Notes under the pieces: model-generated
What the model was told of the DNA's origin: nothing
Databases searched by the model: none
What the model saw: only the letters and a program-made list of their open reading frames with translations
NCBI GenBank assembly: GCA_951406725.2
Contig: OX597814.1
Span: 66,650,001-66,714,000 of the forward strand
DNA from: Octopus vulgaris
Taxonomy: Eukaryota
Direction: 5' to 3'
DNA: 64,000 bases
Shown here: piece by piece, positions 12,670 to 25,680 of the stretch
How the letters are laid out: each line of letters begins with the position of its first letter
Numbering within the stretch: the stretch's first letter is position 1
Position numbers and translations under genes: made by a program

Positions 12670-13545
12670 CTGATGCTTTTATAGCCTGTTCAGTCGTAGC
12701 TTATATATTTTTATAAATGAATTTTCCTTATTTATTTATGTGTGATCCATAGTGTTACCTTCACGTTGAAAACATGAAATTTAGGAGATTTGGTTTTGCG
12801 TACATGTCTAAATATTCATTCAGTGAGAGTTGCCTAGTCCGAGTATCTGATATTTGTTGTCGATATTGATAGTCTCATTCTTGAGGTAACTTTGGCATGT
12901 TCAATGTAATATTCGCTGCATCCATTGCATTTGGTCGTAAATATTAAATTTTGAAGAAAACGTGAAGTGGTTTTTCACATTAAGACATTCTGCCCGTTTA
13001 TATACATATGATGTGTCCTCAATAGGGTTGTCACTATTTCCTCGATTAGAACGGCAACACTTTAACTGTTTGAGTCGAGTCCGTAGTAAGTACTTTCGCT
13101 CTGGAAGTAGTATTTTTAGGGATTTTAGTTATTTTGCATGTGATTTAAGTTGCCTTTTTCATTCTTGGGTTTTGCCTCAATAATGGTATGTTCTTATGTA
13201 TAATGCTGAATGGTTCTGGTTTGTGTATTGTAATTAAGAAAATTCTTTGATGAAATTCCAGATCGAATAGACAAAAAAATTGTCACAAATGGTTTAAAAT
13301 TCATCCTTCAGAACAGCTTCTTCATTTTCGAGGAATCCGCCTACCTACAAATATCTGGAACTGCGATGGTAGCAACAGTTTACCCAACCTATGCCAAATT
13401 AGTCATAACGTATCTACAAGTTCGACTATATTAGCAAACTGTAACAATGTACGGCATAAATTTTCAGAAATATCTAGTGAAAAATTTGAAATGACACTTA
13501 GAGGGATGCTTCATTCTGTGAGTATATAACCCTGATGAACTTAAC
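12670..13545. mobile_element. Decayed Penelope-like element: GIY-YIG part on minus (about 12670-13240), RT part on plus (about 13240-13545)
   Basis: Plus strand reads FILQNSFFIFEESAYLQISGTAMVATVYPTYAKL...HLEGCFIL, a decayed PLE RT (QxxGTAMG...RYLDD). Minus strand contains CNGCSEYYI (CxxC before YIG), RQQI and a terminal FIKIYKLRLN. Confidence 0.75.
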
Positions 13546-14816
13546 CGGATTCATATTTGATCTTCATCAAAAACTAAATAGCCACGGTAATTAAGAGCTC
13601 AGTTAACAACATTGAACTCTAACATGTTACAAGATTTCAGAAATCCAGTGGAGAAGTCTTGCATGTATATATGCAATCGATCCTTAGAATCAACACATAT
13701 TTAGAATAAATATCATAAATATCACACATGGTTCATATTTCAATTAGTTTCAACAGCTGTTTTGTTGGGAATTCTATAATTATCCAATCAAGATATCTAA
13801 TAAAGTAATGTAAATAAATTTAAAGCAACGTTTATTCGAAACCATCAGGAATACCACCGGCTATGCTAATCACAAACCGTCGCAGTTTTAAATACAAAAT
13901 TTTGCATTTAAACCAACAATACCTAATGGGTGCTGCAGCCGATAGTATTCCTGATGATTTTGTATAAACATTTGTCTTAAATTGATTTAGTTTAAACTAA
14001 TTTATATTAGTTGCTATATTAATTAATTATGTTAATTAATTGTTATATCAATTAATTATATTAATTGATTAAATAATTGAAAAATTAATGATGTTTATTC
14101 CTAATGAAACAGCTGTTGAGAGCAAATATGATCTATCAGTGAAATTTGTGTATTTCCACATTCTGTTTTATATGCGCGTATGTGTGCGCGCGCACACACA
14201 CACACACACACACACATACACATATAAACACTCGTACATATAAAAGGAAGTTTACATATGCCATAAAGGCACATATTCACGTATACATGCTTATATATTA
14301 ATACATGTGTATCAGAAGAATCTCCTTGTGTTTCCGTTTTTGTCCATATTGCTCTTTGAATGCTGTGTCAACCTACAACTATCCTTTAACGAGTGAGATG
14401 ACATATTACGTAATGCTACAGTTAACTCTTTGGTAGATAACTGTTTATCTTTAACGATGCTTATTTTTCTCACGATATTCATATTATCTTACCAGAAACT
14501 GCAAATTACAATTAGTTGTCGTTGTTATTTGATCATAGTTTCGCCGCCATAAAAAGAAAAAGTGAAAATAGAAGAACGAAAATTTTCCTCTCATTGCTAT
14601 TCTTTTAGCCTATTACTTTTAATCTAATGTTTTGTTTATGGAAATATCGCTACCGGCTGTAACAAAACACGCCTTCTCTTTCTTTCTCTTCCCCTCTCTC
14701 TCACGTTTCTCCTTCTCCCTCACTCTCTATCTGTCTATCTATCTATCTACCTATCTACCCCTCTCTCCCTCTATCTATCTATCTCTATCTCTGTCTATCT
14801 GTCTACCTTCCTTTTT

Positions 14817-14855
<39 letters not shown>

Positions 14856-14972
14856 GTGCTTCTTTAAAAATGTACATTATTTATTAAAGTCAGAATGGAA
14901 TCTGTGCCCAAAAAACATTTAATTTCAAAAAAAGAAAGGAAAGCAAAAGGTTGACAAATTTCTTATACTGTA

Positions 14973-15210
<238 letters not shown>

Positions 15211-15214
15211 ACCA

Positions 15215-15700
15215 CAAGAACAAAAAGCTGGCGAAGAATTTCTTCATAAGCAACAAGGGCTCAAAAACAATGGTTGCAGTACAAAGTTTAGGATACAATA
15301 AAGTAGGTCTTTACATAAAAAGTTGTAAAAATATGAAACAACGTGTAAAAAAAAAATTCACAACAAAGAAATCATCTCGAACCTGAGGGGAGACAACTAC
15401 TCAGAGCAAATATAGGAACCCAAGACAGATCTGTGGTAACACTGACCATCACAGGAAGACAGTAGTTCAATCTTCCCGATAGACTCAGCTAGCTATATTG
15501 ATCTGTCCTGCCCGTGGTAACAGCAATTCGAAATAAATTCACAAACTAGTAATGTACGCACACTGAGACGGTTTTATTGCTCTGCGCGCATCTTGAACAA
15601 GTTGGTTGCTCGTGGATTCAGCACGGCCAGGTCATGTAGAATTACCCTGATAATACATTGCATGTATCATGGTCGGCTGATGGCCATAGAGGTATATAAA
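15215..15700 (-). mobile_element. Probable decayed 3' end of an L1/Tx1-like LINE
   Basis: Minus strand encodes CSRCAQSNKTV (remnant of a CxxC...ETxxH knuckle), then a T-rich 3' UTR running into the compound microsatellite. Heavily mutated. Confidence 0.4.
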
Positions 15701-16669
15701 CTAGAATCTTTCAGTTTTGGCAAAAGTTTGTAATGAATGAAATCTCTTAAACTAAATTGATGACTCATAGATGATGTAAGATAAGAAAAAAATAACTGGT
15801 TTTGTAGTGAGGACGAAACCACGACTGAATATTTGGTGTTCAGAATAAATGCAACAATTGTTCAAGGTATTAATGGAGAAGGAGATGATTTATTACTCAT
15901 TAGGAATAGTAATTATTTAAATGGGAAACAGATTATGGTGGAGGTAAATGAGGTGACAAAAAGTGAAAGTGAAGTACTGCTAGTGAAGAAATTTGAAACA
16001 GAGATGGAAAAATACTAGGAAAAGGGAAAAAAACTTCTTGAACCTTTTCAATCTTATCTATGCGGCACATGTGAGTACTGGGGTCAATGTTATAGACTTA
16101 CTCTCGCCCCTGGAATTGCTGGCCTTGTGTCAAAATTTGAAGCGAATATTTTTTCTTCCATAACGGTCAGAAAGTTATGCTTCCAGCGTTTTCTATATCT
16201 GTACCAGCATCCTTAGACTTGTTGAGCGTATCGAGATTCTTGTGATTGTTTCCTCCAAGAGAATAGTTGACAATTTTTTATGTCGATCTTTGTTAATTTC
16301 TCAAAGAGAGAAGGTGAAGTAAAGCTAGTGAAGACATTCAAATTAGAGTTGGAAGAAATACTAGAATTACAGAAAAAAGCTTAAGGAATTATATGAAGAG
16401 GGAAAACACATTGAGTTACCTGTTTTACCAGATAACAGTCGGATTTCAAAAACTGCAACCAGATGTAAGAGAACAGCTAGGGATGAAGCGTGTTGGGGAA
16501 AAAGAAGACGAAATTGTCTGAACCGCAGTAGAAAAATGGTTAGAGGGTGCATCAAGACGTTACACGACGACTTGTATAGAATATATATCAGGCATGAGAA
16601 GCAACTGATTCATGGACATGTTTGACATCACTGAAAACCTTTTCAAAGTCATCGTATCTAGCATACTAC

Positions 16670-17040
16670 AGTAAGCATGTCTGTGCAGTAAGAAGTTTGT
16701 TTCTCAAGCACATAGTTTTGGATTCAGTCCTACTGCGTGACACATTGGGGAAGTGTCCACAACTATAGCCTCGGGCCAACCAAAGCCTTGACAGTAGATT
16801 TGGTACATGGAAACTGAAAGAATCCCATCGTATGTGTGTCTGTCTGTCTTTGCATTGAACCCCCTCCCCCCGCTGCTTGACAACCGATGTTCCCGTAACA
16901 TAGCAGTTCAGCAAAAGAGACAGATAGAATAAGCACCCGGTTTAAAGAAAGTACTAGTGTCGATTCGTTCGACTAAAATTCTTTAAGACAATGTCTTAGT
17001 ATGACCGCAATCGAATGACTAAAACAAGTAAAAAGGATAT
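16670..17040 (+). mobile_element. SINE family A, diverged copy
   Basis: Colinear similarity to 3802-4262, with a shorter internal microsatellite. Confidence 0.8.
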
Positions 17041-17387
17041 TGTTCATAATGTTTGTACGTTGATAAAAATATGAAATTCTGATAATAAAGTTAAATGCTG
17101 GTAATGAAAATCTAGGATCTGTCCATCGAATTTTTCAAGGAATTTCCTCTTTTCAGTTGATTTTTAGCTTATCATCAATACCGTAGTCAATGATATTTAC
17201 GTTTTACTTTGGTTGGATACAAGAAATCTTTTGAGGTAAACCACTTTTAATTTAAATAAGTTTCACAAGTCAGAAAATCAAATATGCACACGGGAAGACA
17301 ACATGTGTATGTTTTCAGACTTTACCAGGAAGTCATAGACTTTAATATTGGATATCAGATAACTCTCTAATGTACAGAAATACAAGG

Positions 17388-17600
17388 GCAGCGAGCTGGC
17401 AGAATCGTTAACATATTGGGCAAATGCTTAGTGGTAGTTCGTCTGTCTTTTTGGTCTGAGTTCAAATTACACCGAGGTTGACTTTACTTTTCATCATTTC
17501 GGGGTCGATAAAATAAGTACCGGTTGAGCACTAGGATCGATGTAATCGACTAAGCCCCTTCTCCGAACTTGTTGGCTTTGTGCCCAAAATTTGAAACCAA
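17388..17600 (+). mobile_element. tRNA-like SINE family B
   Basis: GGCAGCGAGCTGGCAGAATCGTT...GAGTTCAAATT...GGGGTCGATAAAATAAGTACC. Related copies at about 24385-24570 (-), 40500-40650 (+), 57255-57483 (-) and 60308-60480 (+), with decayed ones near 7720-8170. Confidence 0.8.
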
Positions 17601-18334
17601 TATACAGAAACGCATTTGTCTTCTTATCAAGCAAATTCAGAAATATGAGCCTTGTTTTCAGTTGGATATTTTATATTATTCTACTGCAATTATATTGTTA
17701 TATTACATTCTTCTAAATGTTTCTAATTTGAAACAGCTATCGAAGTACGAGATTTTTTTTTTTTTTATCTATTTTCCACTATTAATATGCAGCCCATTGA
17801 TATGTGAATGACCAATCTTTTCCAATCTTTTTCTTTTGGCCTTCGAGGCATATCTATTATTTCTGTTGTATTTAGTTTTCGAGCTTTTTCAAATGATTTA
17901 TTGTACGTTACGAAACATTGTCTATGCATGACTTCGCTAAAATACCTAGCTTCGTTCTCGTTTATTATTTATTATATTTATTTATTTTAATAATGAATTT
18001 TTCTGTTATATTTCCTAAATATATTTTAAATTTTGTATAAATCTCTATTGACTACTTTTTAATCCCTTGATTAACCATGATCGAGCCGCTTCACAGCCAA
18101 CGATTTCCTTGTGATCGTTCCATATTTTTAAGGCTACCTATAACTGCATTATACAATCTCTCCTTCCTCTGTTTAAGACTGTGGCGTCTAGTGTGAGAGA
18201 AAGTTGGTTGTAATTTTTTGATATCCAACATCAATACATATGCTCCTTTGCTAGTTCGTGCCTGCTGATTCATATCACCTATTAGAATCCACCCCCTGTT
18301 TTTCCTCAAATATCCTTTACACGGTTGATTATTT

Positions 18335-18620
18335 CCAACGCCCTCCGTCGAAAGCTAGACCATCCTAACAGGGCTTTACTCTCATTCGACGCAGCAGCTA
18401 CGGTCCGGAAGAGGCCTCGTGGCAGGCCCCTCACCAAATGACTGAATGTGATTAAGGAAGATCTCCGGATACTTGACATCACCCTGGAGGATGCAGAAGG
18501 ACCGGCAAGGGACTGCCATCAATAGAAAGCACTGGGGGAACTAATCGGCTCTGTATATGATGACGTCTAATCTGGGATGACCTGCGCCCCATGAAGTAGA
18601 AGGCAAGCAGAAACAGCTCC
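18335..18620 (+). mobile_element. Old 3' fragment of an RTE-clade LINE
   Basis: Reads LRRKLDHPNRALLSF...RKRPRGRPLTK*LNVIKEDLRILDITLEDAE..ARD, the RTE C-terminal pattern, with stops. Confidence 0.7.
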
Positions 18621-19689
18621 TTTACACGACCAATTCCCAAAATCAAGGTGAAACTATATGTTATTTTTCTCTAATTGTCCATGAAATCGTACTACTTTTA
18701 CAGCCAAATGTCTTTCTTTTTAATTAATTCTGCTTATATCATGGTATCACTAACTTTCTTGAAAAGATGAAAATACGTACTGGTGTATAACTCTTCTCTG
18801 GCTGCAAGATATACGTTTCTTTGTTTTTACTGCGCATTGCTTTATATGTAGCATTAATACTTCTGCATATTTTCTCTATCATTATTATCTTTAATCTGTT
18901 TGTTTGTGTCCTTATTAGTTGCGGTTATTGACTTTCGTTGCTTCTGTTGGGATTATTATTACTGCTTATGAAAAGTATGAACTTCGCAGGTTACTCCCAA
19001 CATAAATTCCATGTCCTATGCCAGCCAATTAAAGAACTTACCAACATTATGATCGGTCGTTTTGGCTGTGGAGGTGGTAGTTGTAGTTGCTACTGCTGCT
19101 GATATTTTTTGTCATTGTTGAAGATGTTAACACTACATTTTGATTAGAAAAGAAAAACACTTTTATCTTGGATCTCTATGAAGCGGGTTCATGGCTCTTG
19201 ATCACATTTGTTTGTTGTTTTATTATTAATGCCGTTGCTGTAATACAATACATACAACATTACACGACTTCATCTTATATATTGTCTGTAATATAAGCCA
19301 TGTTAAATGGTAGAAAACACGTTATCGAGACATGACAAGACAGGACGGCGGAAAATAAGAAATGTAAAGTAAAGCAAGTAAATAAAATGCTAACAAAATC
19401 ACAAGATGAAAGTTCATCAAACCTCAATAGACTGCCGACTATGTTATGTTATGTTGTCATCTCAATTTTTCAATGGCCAGGGCCTTCTTTGCAATAAAGA
19501 ACTTTGCTTCTGCATGCTCTGATTTGTGTATGAGATAACTAGAAGGGTTTGTTCAGCAACCCTTTTTCATGTTTTCATGTGTTCAGCAACCTTTCATGGT
19601 GATGGAACATTCATATTTTTTCACTTCGAATTTTTCTTTTTTATAGTGAATAATCTGAAAGATTACTATCGGGTGTGTGTGTGTGTGTG

Positions 19690-20165
19690 TAGGCATAGGC
19701 ATAGCTGTATCATAAGAAGCTTGCTTCATAATCACATTGCTCCGGGTTCAGTCCCACTACGTGGTACCTTGGACAGGTGTCTTCAACCATAGCCATGAGC
19801 CGACCAATGCCTTGTGAGTGAATTTGGTAAACGAAAGCCCGTCGTATATACATATATCTGTGCGCGCATGTGTGCGTGTGTGTGTGCGTGTATATGTGTG
19901 TGTCATTGTGCTCTTGAGCAAAACACTTTATTTCATGTTACTCCAGTTCACTCAGCTGTAGAAATGAGTTGCGACATCACTGGTGCCAAGTTTTATCAGC
20001 CTTTGCCTTTCCTTTGAACAACACCGGTGGCGTGGAGAAGGGAGGCTAGTATGCATGGACGACTGCTGGTCTTTAATAAATAATCTTGCCCGGACCTCCG
20101 CCTCTGAGGGTAACTTTCTAGGTGCAATTGCATGGTTATTCGTGACCGAGGGGTTCTTTACCCTA
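19690..20165 (+). mobile_element. Composite SINE remnants: family A 5' half followed by the body of another SINE
   Basis: 19690-19850 matches the family A head. About 19905-20165 starts with CTTGAGCAAAACACTTTATTTCA, also seen at about 63770. Confidence 0.65.
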
Positions 20166-20585
20166 ATATATAATGCTTCAAATTAAATTTATGCACGTTT
20201 GCATGTCAGTGTATATGAGAGCAAGAATGTCATTATGTATATATTTTTTCATCTTAAGGAGTTTGTTTCCCAATCATTCAGTTTTGGGTTCGATTCTATT
20301 GTCTGTCATCTACGGTAAGTGCTTTTATCAAAGTATCAAGCAATCCAGTCCTTGTGATTAAAAGACAGAAATAATGGAAACCCGTTGGGTTGAATGTACA
20401 TACCTGTATTACGTTGATTCTACCAATGGATTACGTGGATGTAAATTAACTACGTCGCTTACACAATAATATAATGTGTGGGTAATTCATCTGGGCGAAT
20501 AACTGGGTTACTCATTACCGAAACCAATCCGAATCAAAGAATGCGCATGTGTAGATTTTATGCGAAGTAATGCTATCAGCAGACT

Positions 20586-20635
<50 letters not shown>

Positions 20636-20680
20636 CAGCAAGAGCGGCAGCAGTAGTAGCAGCAGCAGCAGCAGTAGTAA

Positions 20681-20745
<65 letters not shown>

Positions 20746-22979
20746 TAAAATTATCACGGCACTAAACATGTACTATCTTTGACACCAAAGATAACATATT
20801 TTTTAGAGGTTTACTTCCGGTACCCAGGAGTCAATGACAGAGTTGTGTCAATATGATTCAAAAGACAGACGCTTTACAGGAAATCATTCTCAAAGAGATC
20901 TGGACGATGGTGTAAGAGGATATGAAAGTGGGATGATGGACGAACAAATGTGTGTGGTCTTCATAGAAACAGCAGGGGTGCGGTTGTCGATTTTTGACGA
21001 GATATAATCGAATCGTTGGTTTCTGCACTATTTACTACTTGTTCATTTATCGACCTCGAATTTGATACAAAGATATCGACTTATTGTGAAACTGTTGAAA
21101 GTGTTTTATACAACTTATGCAAGTTCAACGTCCTCAAACAGTATTTATATGTTTCACTAGGCAAAAAGCCAATTTTCTTTGTAGTGGGCGAACGAGAACA
21201 GTATTTCGTCCCACCCATTCGTATATCACTCTCTACCATTGTTATCAACATTGATATAAATATTAGTGTGATGCCTGGAAATTCTAAGCAACATCTTACT
21301 GCTTATGGAGCAAGAGAAAAGAGTTAAGATAGGAGTCAGGAGGAGATGATGAGCAGTGATTTGACCACCTCTGCTGACCCAACAACGGGAGGTTATTACT
21401 GTTAAGGTTAAAAAAAACATCTAATGATCGTTGGATACTGCTTGATAACTTCAATTCCTCCTGGAATGAGAAGAAAAGAGCGATGGGTGGTTGTGCGTAG
21501 GATGGGAGATGCAGCAGAAGGAGCCACTTGCTGGTTATGGAGCAAGGGGGAGGTATAAAGCTGGCAGACATGAGGAGATCTGAGCACCTCTGCTGAACCA
21601 CCAACAGAAGGACGTTACGATTCGAGATCGAAACACCCGATGTTTGTTGGATAGTGTCTGATAACTTCAATTCCTACTGGTCAAAGCTACGTTCACGAAA
21701 GTGAATGGAGAAGAAGCAACTTTTTCTAGGTGTTATCAATAACATTGTTCTTATTTGTTTTGGCGCATAAATTTATAGATCTTCATAACTTTATTTTATT
21801 ACGTGATAAAATTTCGATTATGACTTTCACTTCGTTCCATAGTTAATGTAGATAACACTCGAACAAATGTCATGATAAGCAGAAAAATATTATAGATAAT
21901 TGTTGTGTTTACGCAGGGCGCAACGAAGATGCAATTATATGGTATTTATTTTCTAACCTCTAGATCATAAGATCAAACCTTGGAAGAGTCAAAACTTACT
22001 TATCGTCTTTTGTAAGACTCCAAAACATGCAGGGAAAATATATACCGATTTGTTTAGATCTGCTATATCTCCAACCTCAAAATTAAATCTTATGTCTATG
22101 GAAGCAACTCTGAATTGATTCATTTCAACGTTAATTTATCTGCTATTTACCCATAAGATAGATTAGATTGTACAATGTTTACGAAAGGCGAAATGAAAAT
22201 GGCTACAAGAAAGAATCTATCCAGATCTTCACGCTGGTTCGCTGAGACACTTAACACTAAGATATTCGTCTATCTTTTTGTACATCTCATAACTTCTTAA
22301 AGTTCAACAACATCGTGAAGTAAATGAACTGTCATATATGCTGTTGCCATACGAAGATTAGTTAAGCCAATGAGAAAGCTTCTATGTCATCGTTTGACAT
22401 GCTAAAAATAGCAATAGCATTTTGGTATCCACCTCAAGTCATAAAATGGGATACATTAAATAATGTTATTGAGTTTTTTTTTAAGAACAAGACTGTAGGT
22501 CTAAGTGTCAGGGCATCAATACAGATTAATTATGGTATATATTCTGTTAGAAATGGTATCTATTTATTGAAGAATCCTAATATTGGCACAAACCGACAAA
22601 ATGTGGGGAAGGTTATAGACTACAGCATTTAGCTAAAGCGCATATTATGAAGCCCAGGTGGCTAAAAGTTAATCTCGCTGCATCTGAGCGCAGAAAGTAA
22701 AGAGTGGTTACTAACTACTACATCGTATATTTTATTCTATACTTTACCGATTCTTTCGTCTATTAATAACGCAATTTCATTGAATGATGGAGATGCCCCT
22801 GCGTTTAGCGTCGTTACTACCTGAATGACTAAAAGCATGTGTATGTGTGCCGTTTACTGTACATTAAAAATATGTGTGTGAACACACACACACACACACA
22901 CACACATTTATGTATATCCACTACATATGTATACACACGCACACACACACATACACATTTAAGTATATCCACTACATAT

Positions 22980-23893
22980 GTGGAAATCTGTTGGTGTGTT
23001 TGTTTGGGGCGTTGTTATCTAACTCCTCCAACATCGTTTTATCGATTTTGATGAAACTTGACACGTGCGTATAATTTATGTCTGGAAAACTAGTGACATA
23101 CTTAGTTTGTTGAAAAAATCGATAATAGGGTCCCTGGAAGGGATTCTTATATCTACTGCATATAGCTAATATATTATTTTTAAACATCCAAGGAAAATAA
23201 GCCATTCGCTCCTGAAAGGGATCCTAATATATAGCCAAGGGAAATAACCCATTCATGTTAGTAAATTATTTCGTATAAATCAAATTGTGTATGCTTATTT
23301 TTTTTATATTTGAACTATTTGAGTTATTTTCGCAACTTATCTAGTACAACGCTTAAACAAGTAAATAGTATTTTCCTAAACTATAGGTCCACTTATTTCG
23401 GTTAGTGACTTATTCACGAATATACCATCACTAACGTCGCTGAGGGCAATATTCTCTGCGAATACACAAAAGCTTTTTTCAGAGTTATTTACTTTGAACT
23501 GTTATTATCTCATATCTGATTAGCCTGTTATTACGTAACATACTTCATGATTTTTGTATACATACCTTATTAGTATTTCCTCCTAAGTTCTATATACTCT
23601 AGGAAATTATTAAAGCCCTTTTCGAGGTTACTTTTTTTTGAATTCTTACTATCGGGTAATTGATTTCATATTTATTACATAACTGACTTCACAATTTGGG
23701 TATTCATAACTTATAGGGAATTTCTAAAAACAAGACCCTGTGTAAGACAATTCGGAATTCTCAATAAATGCACAAAAACCGTTTTAAGGGTTACATACTT
23801 TGTATTGTTGTTACTGGATTAGCGAAATAATTATGAGAACGGAACAAAGGGATAAGCCCCGCTTTCCCGGGAATTACCGGATACGTCAGCTAG
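22980..23893 (+). mobile_element. Non-autonomous Helitron-like element
   Basis: 3' end has a GC hairpin (CCGG-gaatta-CCGG, 23867-23880) followed by CTAG|T (23890-23894). The 5' part has CGATTTTGATGAAACTT, which I recall from such elements. The 5' boundary is uncertain. Confidence 0.5.
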
Positions 23894-24036
23894 TATACAC
23901 ATACGCGCGCATATGTCATGAACACCCGCAGATACAAACCAACGTGCAGATAACTGAGTTGAAGTGGGTAGTTACAAGATTGGCTGTTCTGAAGTTTAAA
24001 TCTAAAAAGTCCCAGTATACTTGGCTCCAAATGATA

Positions 24037-24068
<32 letters not shown>

Positions 24069-24384
24069 AGTGGTGGTTGTGTTAGTGGTATAAGAAGTCT
24101 TATTGGGATAGTGCTGCGGTCAGGATCTTATTAACAATACTCATCTCAACGAGAAAATATTTATGAATAAATGCTTTGAAACCAAAAGACTTAAACCAGA
24201 TTATAAATCTACATTAACATTAATGGTCACTGATTGACTTGGTCATGTTTTAAGTGGTATTCTCGAAAAACTAGAGTTTCCAGGCAAAGAAAGTGAGAGA
24301 AAGTTTTCAAATCTAGTTCATAAGCTGAACAGTCTATAAGCAAGACTTTTATACATTTCAACATATAACTCTTCGCCAATATTG

Positions 24385-24570
24385 ATTTAACATTTTGGCA
24401 CATGGCCAGCAATTTCGGGGGAAGGAGATAAGTAAATGACGTCGACCCCAGTACTCAACTGGAACTTATTTTATCAACCCCGAAAAGATGAACGGCAAAG
24501 TCGACCTCAGCGGATTTTGAACTCAGAACGCAAACACGGAGGAAAATCATTTTTCTCAGCGTGCTAAATT
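24385..24570 (-). mobile_element. SINE family B copy
   Basis: Reverse complement similar to 17388-17600. Confidence 0.75.
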
Positions 24571-25628
24571 CTACTGATAGAGTTGGAGACCAGTTCCTTC
24601 TTCATGAGTTACCACTACACAATTCTTTTACTTTTTCTAAGCCAGGAAGAATAAAAGTCAAATTTATTTATGAGGAACTTGAACAGAAAATCCTTATAGG
24701 GATGGACTGTACCCTAAAGTATACCTAAACAATGCTTATAGTGATGGGCTGTACCCTAAACGATACCCTAGACTTCCAGTACTTTTTCCTTTTTTTTTTA
24801 TAAAATACATTTCTGCAGTATTAACTGAGGTCTCGATTGATTTACAACTTATTGGAAATCTTGCTAAAGTAAACAAAATGCATGCACTGAGGTTGATACA
24901 ATGGCCTGCTGCTTCCCGAATACTTTCATGAATAAGAATAAAAGAAGACAAATTTGTGAACCGAAGAGATCAAGAGCTTGTGAGTAGTAAAAAAACGAAT
25001 GAGAAGAAAGAGAAAAAGAGAAAAGAGTACGTTGATGAAAGACCCGTTGATGAGAAAGTTCGGTGCATATAGATAGGGAGAAAAACAGATGCACAATATA
25101 TGCGTGTATTTCTTTATGTGCCGATATACGCATGCACGCATATACACACAAAGACAGAGAATAATAATTATGTGAGCTATTCCTTTCATTCAGTAAGCTT
25201 TTGATGCGCCAAATTGAAAAAGGAAAAGAAAGAATAGATCAAAAAAGAAAGTTGTAAAAGATCATCGGAAATAAAAAAAAGATGACCCCCCCCAACCAAA
25301 AAAAAAGTTGTGTTCTTCATTCGAAATATGTTCTTTAGTTTCTTAACTTTTTCTCTGTGGCTTGAAATCGTATTAGGCACAAATGTTAAATAGATATTTA
25401 CAGTGGTCTCCCCGCTCTAAACAAAAAAATGTACTTTTGTGCAAAACATGATTTCAGTCTACAGTCTGTATATGCGAGATCACACACACACACGTACGCG
25501 CGCGAGCAAACAAAATTTCTATACACACATCTGCGTGTGCGACCAATTTGCGCAAACAATATTTATGTAGATAAGTTTATACGCATCAATGCATATATAT
25601 CTGATGTGCTTTGCGTGCGGGTGTGTGT

Positions 25629-25680
<52 letters not shown>

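Noticed and set aside
15940-16390. Two similar purine-rich ~80-bp segments (about 15960 and 16310)
   Set aside because: Low complexity and weak identity; no assignable structure.
24736-25189. Hydrophobic minus-strand ORFs as possible first exon
   Set aside because: Low-complexity T-rich sequence with no suitable donor site found.
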